A stretch of 64,000 bases of DNA, taken from the NCBI GenBank assembly GCA_030447525.1, contig JAUJOR010000001.1:299466-363465 (forward strand), written 5' to 3'. The notes under the pieces were generated by a model that did not search any database, was not told where the DNA came from, and saw only the letters and a program-made list of their open reading frames with translations. This document shows positions 1 to 11,514 of this stretch, one piece after another. The position numbers and the translations under genes are program-made. Positions within the stretch are counted from its first letter, which is position 1. The number at the start of each line of letters is the position of its first letter. The stretch is from Chloroflexota bacterium (GTDB taxonomy: Bacteria > Chloroflexota > UBA11872 > UBA12225).

Positions 1-971
1 GGCGTCATCCCCGTCTCGCGCCGGGAGACACGGGCGACGTCGATCTCCATCCCGCTCTCCCCCTTGCTGGCGCATTCCACCACGGAGCTGGTCAGCCCGG
101 CGGCGCCGAGGTCCTGCATCGCCACCAGCCAGGGGGCATCCATCGCCTCGAGGCAGGCCTCGATGAGGAGCTTCTCGCGGAAAGGGTCGCCTACCTGGAC
201 GACGCCCCGGTGAGAGGCCTGCGGGTCGTCCACGCTGGCGAAGGTGGCCCCGTGCAGCCCGTCGCGCCCGGTATCGGCCCCCACGAGCAGGACGCTGTTC
301 CCCGTTCCGGTGGCCCCGGAGGAGACCAGGCGCCCGGCGCGGGCAATGCCGACGCACATGGCGTTGACCAGGGGGTTCTCCGAGTAGCTGCGCCCAAAGA
401 CCACCTCGCCCCCGACGTTGGGGACGCCGATGCAGTTGCCGTAGTGGGCCACCCCGGCCACCACCCCCTCGCAGAGGTAGCGGTTGCGCGCCCCGCGCGC
501 CGGGTCATCCGGTGGACCGAAGCGCAGGGAGTCCAGGATTGCCACCGGGCGCGCCCCCATGGTGAAGATGTCCCGCACGATCCCCCCCACACCGGTGGCG
601 GCCCCCTGAAACGGCTCCACCGCGCTGGGGTGGTTGTGGCTCTCGATCTTGAACACGGCAGCCAGGCCGTCGCCGACGTCCACCGCCCCGGCGTTTTCCT
701 CCCCGGCGCCGATCAACACCCGGCCGGCCGGGGGCGGGGCGGCCGTCGCCCCGGCAGTGGGGGCGCTTCGAGAGGAGGCCGGCCCCTCCGGAGGGGCGCG
801 GAAGCGGCGCAGGAGCACCTTGCTGTTCTTGTAGCCGCAGTGCTCGCTCCACATCGCGCCGCACATCCCCAGCTCGACGGCGTTCGGCGCCCGCCCCAGC
901 CGCCGGCAGATCTCGTCGTACTCGGCGCGGCTCAGGGCCACCTCACGGAGCTGCCCGTCCGTGACGTTCAT
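1..971 (-). CDS. purL: Phosphoribosylformylglycinamidine synthase subunit PurL (N-terminal part; runs off window edge)
   Basis: Manual translation from ATG at 971 (overlaps purQ TGA): [51 protein letters not shown]...[10 protein letters not shown]...[25 protein letters not shown]; follows purS-purQ. Confidence 0.97.
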   Translation of the reverse strand, partial: MNVTDGQLREVALSRAEYDEICRRLGRAPNAVELGMCGAMWSEHCGYKNSKVLLRRFRAPPEGPASSRSAPTAGATAAPPPAGRVLIGAGEENAGAVDVGDGLAAVFKIESHNHPSAVEPFQGAATGVGGIVRDIFTMGARPVAILDSLRFGPPDDPARGARNRYLCEGVVAGVAHYGNCIGVPNVGGEVVFGRSYSENPLVNAMCVGIARAGRLVSSGATGTGNSVLLVGADTGRDGLHGATFASVDDPQASHRGVVQVGDPFREKLLIEACLEAMDAPWLVAMQDLGAAGLTSSVVECASKGESGMEIDVARVSRRETGMT

Positions 972-1672
972 ACCTGCACCAACGCGGCGACCACCGACTG
1001 CCACAGTCCCAAGCCGTCGACCCCGCCCAGGAGGGGCTCGCTGCAGCGCTCCGGGTGGGGCATCATTCCCAGGACGTTACCCCGGCGATTGCGGATGCCG
1101 GCGATGTTCGCTGCCGAGCCGTTGGGGTTGGCCGCCGGCGTCACCCGCCCGGCGGCGTCACAGTAGCGAAACACCACCTGCCCCGCCCCCTCCAGCTCGG
1201 CGAGCGTCTGGGGTTCGGCAAAGTAGTTCCCGTCGCCGTGGGCGATGGGCATCTTGAGCACCTGGCCTTCACGGTAGCGTCGGGTGAACGGCGTCCTATC
1301 GTCCTCCACCCGCAGGTGTACCCATTGGCTGCGGAACTCCAGCGACGCATTGCGCAGGATGGCCCCCGGCAGGAGACCGGATTCCAGGAGCACCTGGAAG
1401 CCGTTGCAGATCCCCAGCACCAGCCCTCCCCGCTCGGCATGGGCCCGTACCCCCTCCATCACCGGGGCAATCGCGGCGATCGCCCCTACCCGTAAGTAGT
1501 CGCCGTAGGCGAACCCGCCCGGGAGGATGACGCAGTCGTACGCGGCGAGGGCCTCCCGCCCGGCCGTGGCGTACCAGACGTACTCAACCGGCTCCTGGAG
1601 CACGTCGCCGATGACGTGCGCCGTGTCTGCCTCGCAGTTAGAGCCGGGGAACACGACGACGGCGGCCTTCAT
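968..1672 (-). CDS. purQ: FGAM synthase glutaminase subunit PurQ
   Basis: [13 protein letters not shown]...[12 protein letters not shown]...GICNGFQ...[11 protein letters not shown] at 1672 overlaps the purS stop. Confidence 0.97.
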   Translation of the reverse strand: MKAAVVVFPGSNCEADTAHVIGDVLQEPVEYVWYATAGREALAAYDCVILPGGFAYGDYLRVGAIAAIAPVMEGVRAHAERGGLVLGICNGFQVLLESGLLPGAILRNASLEFRSQWVHLRVEDDRTPFTRRYREGQVLKMPIAHGDGNYFAEPQTLAELEGAGQVVFRYCDAAGRVTPAANPNGSAANIAGIRNRRGNVLGMMPHPERCSEPLLGGVDGLGLWQSVVAALVQV

Positions 1673-1935
1673 CGGTCCACCTCGGCCGGCTCCGCCAGCT
1701 CGAAGCGGTAGCGCTCGATCACCGGGTTGACCAGCAGCCGCTGGCACATCTCCGTTACCGCCCGCTCGGCCGCCCCCCGATCTGTGGCCTCCAGGCACAC
1801 CTCCAGGTAGCGCCCGGCGCGCACCCCCTCCACACCGGAGAAGCCCAGCTGATGCAGGCCACCGGCAATGGCCAGCCCCTGGGGGTCGTTGACCGCCGGC
1901 TTCAACGTCACGTGGATCCTGGCCAGGAGCTTCAT
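1669..1935 (-). CDS. purS: FGAM synthase subunit PurS
   Basis: 88 aa with [12 protein letters not shown] and LLVNPVIE motifs, between purC and purQ. Confidence 0.96.
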   Translation of the reverse strand: MKLLARIHVTLKPAVNDPQGLAIAGGLHQLGFSGVEGVRAGRYLEVCLEATDRGAAERAVTEMCQRLLVNPVIERYRFELAEPAEVDR

Positions 1936-2999
1936 CGTCCTCTCTCCCCGCCGGCGGGGGCCGTGGCGCCGCCGCCCGCTCCCGGCTCGGCGGCGACATC
2001 CTGTCCGGCGAGGCGTTGCAGGGCGTCGAGGTACTTGGCGCGCGTCTGCGCCACCACCTCAGGGGGCAGGGCCGGCGCCGGGGGCTCCTTGTTCCATGCC
2101 GTCCGCTCCAGATAATCCCGCACGTACTGCTTGTCGTAGCTCGGCGGAGACGCTCCCGGCTGGTAGGTCGACGCCTCCCAGAAACGAGAGCTGTCCGGGG
2201 TGAGCAGCTCGTCGATCAAGAGCAGCGTCCCGGCCGCCCCATCGTGGGCGTTGCGCAAGGGCCCCTCCGCCGGCCGCTCAGAAGGGCCCCCGGGGGAGCT
2301 ACCCCCTGGGGAGACTCCCGCTTCGGATGCCCCGCCGGCGGGCAGGAGGCCGAACTCCATCTTGGTGTCGGCGATGATAATTCCCCGCGCCCTGGCGTAG
2401 TCGGCGGCCACCCGGTACATGGCCAGCGTCGCCTCCCGCAGGCGCTCGGCCAGGGGCTGCCCCACGATCTCACCCAGGCGCTCGAAAGTGATGTTCTCGT
2501 CGTGCCCGGTGGGGGCCTTGATTGCCGGGGTAAAGATGGGCTCCGGAAGCTCCTGGCTCTCCATCAGCCCGGTTGGGAGCGGGATTCCGCAGGCCGTCCC
2601 CTGGCGCCGGTACTCGCTCCAGGCCGATCCGGCGAGGTAGCCCCGGGCGACGCACTCGACGTCAATGCGCCGCGCGCGGCGGACGAGCATGCTCCGCCCG
2701 GCCAGGAGGTGCCCGTAGGCTTGGAGCGCTGCGGGGTACTCCCCCACGTCGTCGGTCAGGAAATGATTGGGGATCAGGTGGGCCAGGCGCCGCAGCCAGA
2801 AGGCGGAAAGCCGGTTTAAGACCTGGCCCTTGTCCGGGATGGGCGTCGGCAGCACGGCGTCAAAAGCCGAGATACGATCGGTGGCCACGATCAGCAGGCG
2901 GTCGTCGCCGACGGCGTAGAGGTCACGCACCTTGCCCTGGAGCGCCGGCTGCAGCCCCGGCAGGTTGATGTGATGCCGGCCGGCCTGAGGGGAAGTCAC
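1932..2999 (-). CDS. purC: SAICAR synthetase
   Basis: [47 protein letters not shown]; about 35-aa G/P/S-rich insertion. Confidence 0.97.
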   Translation of the reverse strand: MTSPQAGRHHINLPGLQPALQGKVRDLYAVGDDRLLIVATDRISAFDAVLPTPIPDKGQVLNRLSAFWLRRLAHLIPNHFLTDDVGEYPAALQAYGHLLAGRSMLVRRARRIDVECVARGYLAGSAWSEYRRQGTACGIPLPTGLMESQELPEPIFTPAIKAPTGHDENITFERLGEIVGQPLAERLREATLAMYRVAADYARARGIIIADTKMEFGLLPAGGASEAGVSPGGSSPGGPSERPAEGPLRNAHDGAAGTLLLIDELLTPDSSRFWEASTYQPGASPPSYDKQYVRDYLERTAWNKEPPAPALPPEVVAQTRAKYLDALQRLAGQDVAAEPGAGGGATAPAGGERGR

Positions 3000-4378
3000 A
3001 CGTCCCCCTGTGCCGCCCCGGCCGGCGTCGCGACGCGGGCGGGCAGACCCTGGGACTTGAGGGGCGAGGCCTCGGACGGGGGGCTTTCGAGGAGGCCGGC
3101 GCGCCGAAAGGCCAGGTCGACGTGCTTGAAGTGGTACCCGAGGTCGAACAGGTCGTCCAGCTCGGACGCACTGAGGTGGGCCTGCACCGCCGGGTCGGCC
3201 GCCAGGAGCGTGCGGAAGTCCTTGCCTTCCGTCCAGGCAGTCATGGCGTGGCCCTGGACGATCTTGTAGGCCGCCGTGCGGTCGATGTCATGGTCGATGA
3301 GGGCCAGCAGGACGCGCTGGGAAGCGTGCAGTCCGCGGGACAGCTCGATGTTGCGGCGCATGGCATCCGGCAGGACGCGCAGACCCTCCATCACCCCGCA
3401 GAACAGGTGCAGCATGTAGTCCAGGGCAATGCAGGCGTCCGGCAGGATGATCCGCTCGGCGGAGGAGTGGGAGATATCCCGCTCGTGCCACAAGGCCACG
3501 TTCTCCAGCCCGGTGCTGGCGTACCCCCGCAGGACGCGGGCCAGGCCAGAGACCCGCTCGCAGCGGGCGGGATTGCGCTTGTGGGGCATAGAGGACGATC
3601 CCTGGCGCCCGGGCTCGAACGGCTCCTCGGCCTCCAACACCTCTGTGCGCTGGAGGTGGCGGATCTCCGTGGCGAACTTGTCCAGCGAAGCGCCCACCAC
3701 TGCCACGGTGCACAGGAACTGGGCATGGCGATCGCGCTGCACAATCTGGCTGGATACCGGATCCACGGCCAGCCCCAGCGTGGCGCAGACGTGCTCCTCC
3801 ACCTCCGGCGGGACGTTGGCGTGGGTGCCCACGGCCCCGGAGATCTTGCCCACGCTCACCTCGGCCTTGGCCCCTGCCAGGCGATGCTGGTTGCGGCGCA
3901 TCTCCTCTACCCACTGCAGGAGCTTGAAGCCGAAGGTGATCGGCTCGGCGTGCACGCCGTGGGTGCGCCCCATCTGGGGCGTGTCCTTGTAGGCCAGGGC
4001 CCCCTTGATCAGTATCTCGGTGAGGCGCTGGGACTTCTGGATCAGGATCTCTGCCGCCCGCTTGAGCTGCAGGGCCAGGCCGGTGTCCACCACGTCCGAG
4101 GAGGTCAGCCCCAGGTGCACGAAGCGCGCTTCCGGCCCCAGGCTCTCGCCGAAGGCCTGCACGAAGGCCCCCAGATCGTGGTCGCTGACCCGCTCGATCT
4201 CCTGCATTCGCTGTAGGGAGTAGCTACCCCGGCGGATCTTGGCCACGTCCGCCTCGGGGATCACCCCCAGTTTGCCCCACCCCTCGCAGGCGGCGATCTC
4301 CACAGCCCGCCAGGCGTCGGCCTTGGCCTCGTCCGTCCAGACGCCGCCCATCTCGGGCAATGTGTAGCGCTTGATCAC
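2996..4378 (-). CDS. purB: Adenylosuccinate lyase
   Basis: HLGLTSSDVVDT, GRTHGVHAEP, GSSSMPHKRNP, WHERDISHSS; GTG at 4378 (VIKRY) with GGAGAGGG upstream preferred over the 4453 start. Confidence 0.96.
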   Translation of the reverse strand: MIKRYTLPEMGGVWTDEAKADAWRAVEIAACEGWGKLGVIPEADVAKIRRGSYSLQRMQEIERVSDHDLGAFVQAFGESLGPEARFVHLGLTSSDVVDTGLALQLKRAAEILIQKSQRLTEILIKGALAYKDTPQMGRTHGVHAEPITFGFKLLQWVEEMRRNQHRLAGAKAEVSVGKISGAVGTHANVPPEVEEHVCATLGLAVDPVSSQIVQRDRHAQFLCTVAVVGASLDKFATEIRHLQRTEVLEAEEPFEPGRQGSSSMPHKRNPARCERVSGLARVLRGYASTGLENVALWHERDISHSSAERIILPDACIALDYMLHLFCGVMEGLRVLPDAMRRNIELSRGLHASQRVLLALIDHDIDRTAAYKIVQGHAMTAWTEGKDFRTLLAADPAVQAHLSASELDDLFDLGYHFKHVDLAFRRAGLLESPPSEASPLKSQGLPARVATPAGAAQGDV

Positions 4379-4491
4379 GGCTCGTCCCTCTCCACTCTTG
4401 CTCCGCGCCGGCAAGTCTCGTGGTGCGCCACAGCCATTCTGCGGGGTCGCCACTCCTGGGAGCTACCTCGCGGTCTCGCGTTGACAGCGCA

Positions 4492-5772
4492 TTAGGGCGT
4501 GGCGGCGGTCAACTCGCGGTCTCCGATGTCTCTGCGGTACTGCATCCCGTGGAAGTGGATACGCTCCACATTGTCATAGGCCTTGCGCCGGGCCTCCGCC
4601 AGGCCCGGGCCCAGCCCCACGACGGTGAGGATGCGTCCCCCCCGGGTGATGGTCGCCCCGTTCTGCCGCGCCGTCCCGGCGTGGAAGACCAGGACGTCCG
4701 GCTCGACATGTTCCAGCCCGGTGACGGGAACGCCGTCACGCACCGCCTCGGGATAGCCGGCCGAGGCGAGACAGACGGCGCAGCTCGCCCCGGCCCGCCA
4801 GCGCAGCGCCGTCCCGGCCAGGCGCCGGTCGAGCGCCAGTCCAATGAGCTCGATCAAGTCGGACTCCAGGAGGGGCAGGATGGCCTGGGCCTCCGGGTCG
4901 CCGAAGCGAGCGTTGAACTCCAAGACGTATGGCCCGCTCGCGGTGAACAAGAGATTGGCGAACAGGAACCCGGTAAAGGGGCGCCCCGCGGCGCCCATGG
5001 CGGCGATGGCAGGGCGTATCGTCCGCTCCATCACTGCCTCCATCACCGTCCCGGTGACGAGGCGGGTAGGGCTGTAGGCCCCCATCCCTCCGGTGTTGGG
5101 ACCGCGGTCTCCATCGGCGATGCGCTTGTGGTCGCGCGCCGCACCCATGGCCACGGCCGTCTCACCGTCACACAGGGCGAAGAGCGAGGCTTCCGGCCCC
5201 TCGAGGCGCTGCTCGATCACCACTCGCCGGCCGGCGGCGCCGAAGACCCCCTGCTCCATCAGCGCCTCTACGGCCTCGTGGGCGGCGTCGAGGGTGTCGC
5301 AGACGATGGCCCCTTTCCCCCGCGCCAGGCCATCGGCCTTGACCACCAGCCGGCCGTCCCAGGGCCGGGAATCGACGAAACGGTGCGCCGGCCGGGGATC
5401 GTCGAAATGCCGGAACGGGGCCGTGGGGATGCCGTGACGCTGCATGAACTCCTTGGACCACACCTTGGACGACTCGATCTGCGCGGCCAGCCGGGTGGGG
5501 CCAAAGGCGGGCACCCCTTTCTCGGACAGGGCGTCCACCGCCCCGGCCGCCAGGGGGTCGTCGGGGCCGACGATGGCCAGGTCGATCCCCTCCCCAACGG
5601 CCGCCCCGGCCAGGGTCGGGAGGTCGAGCGGATCGACGGCCACGTTGGCCCCCAGCGTGGCCGTGCCGGCGTTGCCCGGGGCCGTGACCACGGTGGTGAC
5701 ACGCGGGCTGCGGGCGGCGCTCCAGGCCAGGGCATGCTCCCGCGCCCCGCCTCCCACGACCATCACCTTCAC
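4492..5772 (-). CDS. purD: Phosphoribosylamine-glycine ligase
   Basis: VVGGGAREHAL, KADGLARGKG, GPNTGGMGAY, EFNARFGDPE. Confidence 0.97.
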   Translation of the reverse strand: MKVMVVGGGAREHALAWSAARSPRVTTVVTAPGNAGTATLGANVAVDPLDLPTLAGAAVGEGIDLAIVGPDDPLAAGAVDALSEKGVPAFGPTRLAAQIESSKVWSKEFMQRHGIPTAPFRHFDDPRPAHRFVDSRPWDGRLVVKADGLARGKGAIVCDTLDAAHEAVEALMEQGVFGAAGRRVVIEQRLEGPEASLFALCDGETAVAMGAARDHKRIADGDRGPNTGGMGAYSPTRLVTGTVMEAVMERTIRPAIAAMGAAGRPFTGFLFANLLFTASGPYVLEFNARFGDPEAQAILPLLESDLIELIGLALDRRLAGTALRWRAGASCAVCLASAGYPEAVRDGVPVTGLEHVEPDVLVFHAGTARQNGATITRGGRILTVVGLGPGLAEARRKAYDNVERIHFHGMQYRRDIGDRELTAATP

Positions 5773-5977
5773 CGGTAACCCTCCACCGTCACCAGCGACC
5801 CTTCGTCAAGGCCATCCCCAGGTGATCCTCGTCCCTGGGCCGGCAGTGGCGAGAACACGCTTCATCGTTCCACCGGCCGGGCGCGAGGGCGTTCCGAGTT
5901 CATGCCCCGCAGGTGCCTTTCACGCCCGGCGGGGCACCCGCCGGGCACAAGAGACTCCCGGGGAAAGGGGAGCAAAC

Positions 5978-7669
5978 CTACTCCCATTCGATGGTTGCCG
6001 GGGGCTTGGAGGTCACATCGTAGACCACACGGTTGACGCCCTTTACCTCGTTGGCGATCCGGGTGGCCACCGCGCCGAGGAGCTCATAGGGCAGGCGCGC
6101 CCAGTCGGCGGTCATAAAGTCGTCTGTGGTGATCGCCCGCAGGGCCACGACGTGGCCGTAGGAGCGGTAGTCGCCCTGGACGCCGGTGCTGCGGGAATCG
6201 GTGAGCACGGCGAACACCTGGCCCACGCTGCGGTAGAGCCCGGCTGCCTTGACTTCTTCCACGAAGATGGCATCCGCCTCGCGCAGCACCGCCAGGCGCT
6301 CCTCGGTAACCTCGCCGAGGACGCGCACCGCCAGCCCTGGCCCGGGAGAGGGATCTCGCCACACGATCTCCTCCGGCAATCCCAGCTCGGTGCCCACGGC
6401 GCGGGCCTCGTCTTTGAAGAGGTAGCGCAGGGGCTCGATGAGCTGGAAGGACAGGTCCTTGGGGAGGCCGCCGACGTTGTGATGGGTCTTGATCTTTGAG
6501 GCCGCCCTGCTCTCCGGCGTGGCGCTCTCGATCACGTCCGGGTACAGGGTGCCCTGCGCCAGGTAGGTGAAGGGGCCGGATTCCTGTTCCAGGGCCAGGG
6601 CCTGGCGCTCGAAGGCGCGGATAAAGCGCTCCCCGACGATCGTCCGCTTCTGCTCCGGGTCGGTGACGCCCCGCAGGCGGGAAAGGAAGTCCTCCCTGGC
6701 ATCCACATGGCTGAGCCGAAAGCCGAGGTGCTCGCGGAAGGTGCGCACCACCGTTTGGGCCTCGTCCTTTCGCAGCAGACCGTGGTCGACGAACACACAG
6801 GTCAGCTGATCCCCCACGGCGCGGTGGATCAGGGCGGCGGCAACCGACGAGTCCACCCCCCCGGAGACGCCGCACAGGACGCGACCGCTGCCCACCTGCG
6901 TCCGGATCCGCTCCACCGCCTCGGCCATAAAGGAGCCCGGCGTCCAGGTCGGCTCGCAGCGGCACAGGGTGTAGCAGAAGTTCTGAAGCAAGAGCAGCCC
7001 TTGCGGGGTATGCGCCACTTCGGGATGAAACTGCATGGCCACGATCGGCCCCCCTGCCGAGCTGCCCCCTCGAGCGTCCGCTCCACTCCCGCCGTCGACC
7101 CCGGCCGGCCCATTGCTCATGGCGGCGAAGGGGCTGGTGGTGGTACGGGCCAGGGCATGGAAGCCTGGGGGCAGCGCAGCCACCTGGTCGCCGTGGCTCA
7201 TCCACACGGCGGGGCGATCCGGCAGGCCGCGCATCAAGGCATGGCCGCGGTCGAGCACTTCCAGGTTGGCGTGGCCGTATTCCCGGTGGGTACTCGGCTC
7301 CACCCGCCCGCCCAGGGCGTGGGCCAGGAGCTGCATCCCGTAGCAGATCCCCAGCACGGGCACGCCCAGCTCCAGCACCACCTCCGGCAGGGCCGGCGCC
7401 CCCGGCTCGTAGACGCTGGAAGGGCCGCCAGAAAGGATGATCCCCCTGGGGTGCAGCGCCCGCAGGACGCTGGCCGGTACGTCCCAGGGGAGCACCTCGC
7501 AGTAGACGCGGCACTCCCGGACGCGCCGGGCGATCAGCCGGCTGTACTGAGAGCCAAAATCCAGGACGACGACGGTGTCCCGGCGGGTTGGATGGACCGT
7601 CACCGGGGGCAGCGTCATGGCCGGGCTCAGCTGACCGACCGTAGGCTGGGGGAGGACTGGGACGCTCAC
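5978..7669 (-). CDS. guaA: GMP synthase (glutamine-hydrolysing)
   Basis: [46 protein letters not shown]. Confidence 0.98.
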   Translation of the reverse strand: MSVPVLPQPTVGQLSPAMTLPPVTVHPTRRDTVVVLDFGSQYSRLIARRVRECRVYCEVLPWDVPASVLRALHPRGIILSGGPSSVYEPGAPALPEVVLELGVPVLGICYGMQLLAHALGGRVEPSTHREYGHANLEVLDRGHALMRGLPDRPAVWMSHGDQVAALPPGFHALARTTTSPFAAMSNGPAGVDGGSGADARGGSSAGGPIVAMQFHPEVAHTPQGLLLLQNFCYTLCRCEPTWTPGSFMAEAVERIRTQVGSGRVLCGVSGGVDSSVAAALIHRAVGDQLTCVFVDHGLLRKDEAQTVVRTFREHLGFRLSHVDAREDFLSRLRGVTDPEQKRTIVGERFIRAFERQALALEQESGPFTYLAQGTLYPDVIESATPESRAASKIKTHHNVGGLPKDLSFQLIEPLRYLFKDEARAVGTELGLPEEIVWRDPSPGPGLAVRVLGEVTEERLAVLREADAIFVEEVKAAGLYRSVGQVFAVLTDSRSTGVQGDYRSYGHVVALRAITTDDFMTADWARLPYELLGAVATRIANEVKGVNRVVYDVTSKPPATIEWE

Positions 7670-7674
7670 ACCAG

Positions 7675-7705
7675 ATTATAACGAGCGGCCACCCGCTGCT
7701 ATACT
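7675..7705. promoter_or_regulatory. Divergent sigma70-type -10 boxes for guaA (leaderless) and the ABC operon
   Basis: Minus-strand TATAAT at 7680-7675, 5 nt before the guaA GTG; plus-strand TGcTATACT at 7697-7705 before the ATG at 7719. Confidence 0.6.
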
Positions 7706-7718
7706 TTTTCTAGAAGGT

Positions 7719-8720
7719 ATGAGCACGCGCGCCCTTACGTGGACGCGACCAAACGGCCTGACCCCGGCGGCGCGGCGCCGCTTCTGGCGCCAGACCGCTA
7801 TCGCCTACCTCTATCTCTCCCCGGCCATCCTCCTGCTCACCGTCTTTCATTTCTTTCCTGCCATCTACGCCTTCTACATCAGCCTGTTCCGCTGGGACAT
7901 CGTCCAGGGTCGCTTCCTGGGCCTGGAGAACTATCAGCGCCTGCTGGTGGACGAGGCCTTCTGGAACAGCCTGGGCGTCACCGTCTGGTACGTCCTGCTG
8001 GCCATCCCGGCGGAGATGGTGCTAGGGCTGCTGATTGCCTACCTCCTGTTCCAGCCCATCCGCGGGCGCATCGCCTATCGCACGGCCTACTTTGTGCCAT
8101 ACATCACCAGCACGGTGGCGGCCGCTATCGTCTGGCGCTGGATCTACAATCCCAATAACGGCCTGCTGAACAGCATCCTGGCCTGGGCGGGCCTGCCGAC
8201 CTCCCAGTGGCTCAACGAGTCCTCCGGGGTCTTTGCCCTGCTCCTGGCCGGGGCTGGGGTCACCTTGCCGCCGGGGCTGGGCTGGCTGGCCGGCCCGAGC
8301 GTCGCGCTCGTGGCCGTGGCGTTGATGTCGGTCTGGCACTACACCGGGTTTCACATCGTCATCTTCCTGGCCGGGCTGGGAGGTATCCCCAAAGAGCTCT
8401 ACGAGGCCGCCAGGATCGATGGGGCCAATGAGTGGCAGGTGTTTCGACGCATCACGCTGCCCCTGCTGTCGCCGACCAGCTTCTTTCTCGTCACGGTCAG
8501 CACTATTGGCGCCCTACAGGCCTTTTCCCAGATCTACGTCATGACCAATGGGGGCCCGCAAGACACGACGCGCACCGTCTTGATGCTCGTCTTCAAGACC
8601 TTCTACCAGCAGACCCGTCTGGGCTATGGTTCGGCCATCGCTTTCGTCCTTACCGGGATGATCCTGGCCTTGACGCTGGTCAACTTCCGCTTCGTCGGCC
8701 GGCGCGTGCATTACGACTAG
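7719..8720 (+). CDS. Carbohydrate ABC transporter permease (UgpA/MalF-like)
   Basis: Multiple TM segments; EAA loop LYEAARIDGANEWQVFRRITLPLL. Confidence 0.93.
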   Translation: MSTRALTWTRPNGLTPAARRRFWRQTAIAYLYLSPAILLLTVFHFFPAIYAFYISLFRWDIVQGRFLGLENYQRLLVDEAFWNSLGVTVWYVLLAIPAEMVLGLLIAYLLFQPIRGRIAYRTAYFVPYITSTVAAAIVWRWIYNPNNGLLNSILAWAGLPTSQWLNESSGVFALLLAGAGVTLPPGLGWLAGPSVALVAVALMSVWHYTGFHIVIFLAGLGGIPKELYEAARIDGANEWQVFRRITLPLLSPTSFFLVTVSTIGALQAFSQIYVMTNGGPQDTTRTVLMLVFKTFYQQTRLGYGSAIAFVLTGMILALTLVNFRFVGRRVHYD

Positions 8721-8877
8721 AGGGTGCCTTGCCAGGATCGTGGCGCTTCCTGCTCCAGAGGAGGCGGATCATGCCCCGCGCTCGGCGCGTGCCCTGCGCC
8801 GGACGAAGGAGCTTGCCCGGAGCGCGGGGCAGAGATGACCTGGCAAAGGCGAGGCCCATGACAACTGGCCCGCTAGT
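8716..8877. repeat. Nested inverted-repeat (MITE/REP-like) element between permease genes
   Basis: actagaggg/cccgctagt (8716,8869), gccttgccagg/cctggcaaaggc (8726,8839), tgccccgcgctc/gagcgcggggca (8772,8820). Confidence 0.55.
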
Positions 8878-9094
8878 CCGCGATGGCAAGATGACGTGGC
8901 CGCCGCGGCCGCGTGAGGGTACGCCGTCGCCGGTGGAGGTTAACGCCGCTGTTACGTTTGGTCGCTAGGATAACCGGGGTGAAGGTGAGGCGAGGCTCGC
9001 GTGGCACGCGACGCGGGCGCGGTCCGGCATGGCCTTCAGGCAGGGCACGGCGAGGTGACCGTGCCGGTCGCCGGCGGAGTGTGAAAGCTATCCC

Positions 9095-10045
9095 ATGGCG
9101 CAGGTAGTCGAGGCACCGGGCATGACGCCGACTGCCGTGGGTCAAGCCGCGCCGTCGGCCGCGCCGATTCCGGCCGTGCAGGGGGTGCCTCAGCCACGCG
9201 TGGCCGAGGTGGCGCCCGCGCGGCGCAGTCCCTGGGTACGACTGCTGATCCACGGGGCGCTGCTCCTGGGGGCGGTGATGGTGGTGTTCCCCTTCTACTG
9301 GATGATCATCACCTCGTTCAAGTCCAACACCGAGGCGATGGCCTCGCCGCCGACGTTCTGGCCACGGGAGTGGCATCCGGAACAGTACCCGCTGGCGCTG
9401 ACCCAGGCTCCGTTCCAGCGCTACTTTTTCAACACCGCCTACGTCGCCTTCTGGCAGGTCCTGGGCGTGCTGGTAGTCTCGTCGCTGGCGGCCTATGCCT
9501 TCGCCCGCATGGAGTTCTTCGGCAAGAACATCCTGTTTACCGCTTTCCTGGCCACGCTGATGATCCCGTTCGAGGTGACGCTGATCCCCAACTTTGTGAT
9601 CATCACCAAATGGCTCGGCTGGTATGACACCTACATCGCCCAGTTCATCGTCAGCATAGGGAGCGTTTTTGCCATCTTCCTCCTCCGTCAGTTTTTCATG
9701 TCCATCCCCAAGGAGCTAGAGGACGCGGCGGAAATAGATGGCTGCTCTCAGCTGCGGTTTCTATGGGAGGTCGTCCTGCCCCTGTCCCGGCCAGCGCTGA
9801 TCACCGTGGCGCTGTTCAACTTTCTCGGATCTTGGAACGCCTTTCTGTGGCCCTTGCTGGTCACGCGGAGTCCAGAGATGCGCCCCATCCAGCTGGGGCT
9901 GCAGGTGTTCCAATCCGAGTTCGGGTCACGCTATGCGGAGCTGATGGCGGCGTCCACACTGGTGATCCTGCCCACGGTGCTGGTGTACCTGGTGGCGCAG
10001 AAGTACTTCGTGGAAGGCATCGCTCGTTCTGGCCTCAAGGGCTAG
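9095..10045 (+). CDS. Carbohydrate ABC transporter permease (UgpE/MalG-like)
   Basis: FPFYWMIITSFK, ELEDAAEIDGCS, WNAFLWPL, QKYFVEGIA. Confidence 0.93.
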   Translation: MAQVVEAPGMTPTAVGQAAPSAAPIPAVQGVPQPRVAEVAPARRSPWVRLLIHGALLLGAVMVVFPFYWMIITSFKSNTEAMASPPTFWPREWHPEQYPLALTQAPFQRYFFNTAYVAFWQVLGVLVVSSLAAYAFARMEFFGKNILFTAFLATLMIPFEVTLIPNFVIITKWLGWYDTYIAQFIVSIGSVFAIFLLRQFFMSIPKELEDAAEIDGCSQLRFLWEVVLPLSRPALITVALFNFLGSWNAFLWPLLVTRSPEMRPIQLGLQVFQSEFGSRYAELMAASTLVILPTVLVYLVAQKYFVEGIARSGLKG

Positions 10046-10131
10046 CCGGTGATGCTGCAGCGGAGTGAGGCGGGCCGTGAGGGCAGCGGCCAGTTGCAAG
10101 TGCCTTCTTGAAGGTAAGGAGAGACAGACCA

Positions 10132-11514
10132 ATGGCAATCTCAAGACGCAGATTTGTGACGCAGGCAGTGGCCGGGGCGGTGTCCCTGGCCACGCTCCCG
10201 GCCCTGGCGGCGTGTGGCGCGCCGCAAGGAGGCGGCAGCACGGCGCCGGAGGTCAAGTTTGGCGACCCGGTCAATGTGACCTTCTGGCACACCCAGACCG
10301 GTGTCAACGCCGACGCCCTCCAGTCCATTGTGGACAAGTTCAATGCTTCGAACGGCAAGAACATCACCCTCAAGAGCGAGTTCCAGGGCGACTACACGCA
10401 GGTGTATCAGAAGGTGATCGCCGCCATTCAGGCCGGTAGCCCCCCGGACGTCGCCGTGGGCTACGAGAGCATGGTGGCCGAGTATATGCGGGCCAACGCC
10501 GTGGTCAACCTGGACGATTACGCCTTGCGTGGCCCGCAGGCCTTCTCCAAGGAGAGCCTGGCGGACATCTTCCCATCGTACATCAAGAACAACCAGTACG
10601 AGGAGTTCGACAACAAGCTGCTGTCCTTTCCGTTCACCAAGAGCCTGGCCGTGCAGTACATCAACGAGGACCTGTTCCGCGCCGCCGGCGCGACGAAGCT
10701 GGGGTACCCCGGGCAGTTCTACAATTTCGACGAGTTCAAGAAGATGTCCGCGGCTGTGAGCCGGAAGGAAGGCCCCGGCCAGTCGGTCGTGTACGGGCAG
10801 AACATCCGCCTGGACGCCTCCTATATCGACGCCTTTATCTACGCCAACGGCGGGGAGCTGCTCACCAAGGACAAGACCAAGGTGCGCTTTAACGAGCAGC
10901 CGGGCATCGAGGTCTTCGAGATGTGGGGGAACATGGTCCGCGACGGTCATGCCTACGCCGCGCAGGGCCGCGATTACCAGCCGGATTTCGGCAACCAGAA
11001 AGTCGCCGGGCTCCATGACAGTAGCACCAGCCGCCCGTTCCTCCGCGAGTTCATCGTCGACAAGGCGACTGGGCGCGAGAAGTTCAAGTGGGGCGCGGGC
11101 ATGATCCCCCAGAAAGACCCCGCCAAGCCGGTCACAGTGCTGTTCGGGGGCAACATCGTCGTCTTCAAGACCACTCCTATCAAGCAGGCGGCGTCCTGGG
11201 AGTGGGTGAAGTTCTTCAACGAGAAGGATCAGACGGTGCTCTCGGCCATCCGCTCCAGCTACATGCCGTCGCGCCGCTCGGCGGCCGAGCACCCCGATCT
11301 CAAGGCGCACTGGGAGCGGGTCGACCCGCAGGGGAAGCAGGCCTTCGACCTCACCCCCTATGCCGTGGCCGAGCCGAGCATCACCGCCTGGCAGTCCATC
11401 CGTGACGTCCTGAAGGAAGCCCTCGCCAGCGTCATCACCCAGAAGCAGACGGCCAAGGCGGCCCTCGACGACGCGGCCAGGCAGTCCAACAAGCTGATCG
11501 ACGAGAAGCGCTAG
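10132..11514 (+). CDS. ABC solute-binding lipoprotein (family 1, UgpB-like), Tat signal
   Basis: SD AAGGAG; MAISRRRF twin-arginine motif, lipobox LAAC, TFWH, FPFTKS, SSYMP. Confidence 0.9.
   Translation: MAISRRRFVTQAVAGAVSLATLPALAACGAPQGGGSTAPEVKFGDPVNVTFWHTQTGVNADALQSIVDKFNASNGKNITLKSEFQGDYTQVYQKVIAAIQAGSPPDVAVGYESMVAEYMRANAVVNLDDYALRGPQAFSKESLADIFPSYIKNNQYEEFDNKLLSFPFTKSLAVQYINEDLFRAAGATKLGYPGQFYNFDEFKKMSAAVSRKEGPGQSVVYGQNIRLDASYIDAFIYANGGELLTKDKTKVRFNEQPGIEVFEMWGNMVRDGHAYAAQGRDYQPDFGNQKVAGLHDSSTSRPFLREFIVDKATGREKFKWGAGMIPQKDPAKPVTVLFGGNIVVFKTTPIKQAASWEWVKFFNEKDQTVLSAIRSSYMPSRRSAAEHPDLKAHWERVDPQGKQAFDLTPYAVAEPSITAWQSIRDVLKEALASVITQKQTAKAALDDAARQSNKLIDEKR

Noticed and set aside
5773..5977. 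Purine/ZTP/PRPP riboswitch between guaA and purD
   Set aside because: No recognisable consensus on the minus strand.
3122..7681. Long antisense and alternate-frame ORFs (for example 3122-4216, 4420-5778, 6084-7514; likewise 44334-45815)
   Set aside because: Shadow ORFs of well-supported genes in high-GC DNA, with no family motifs.
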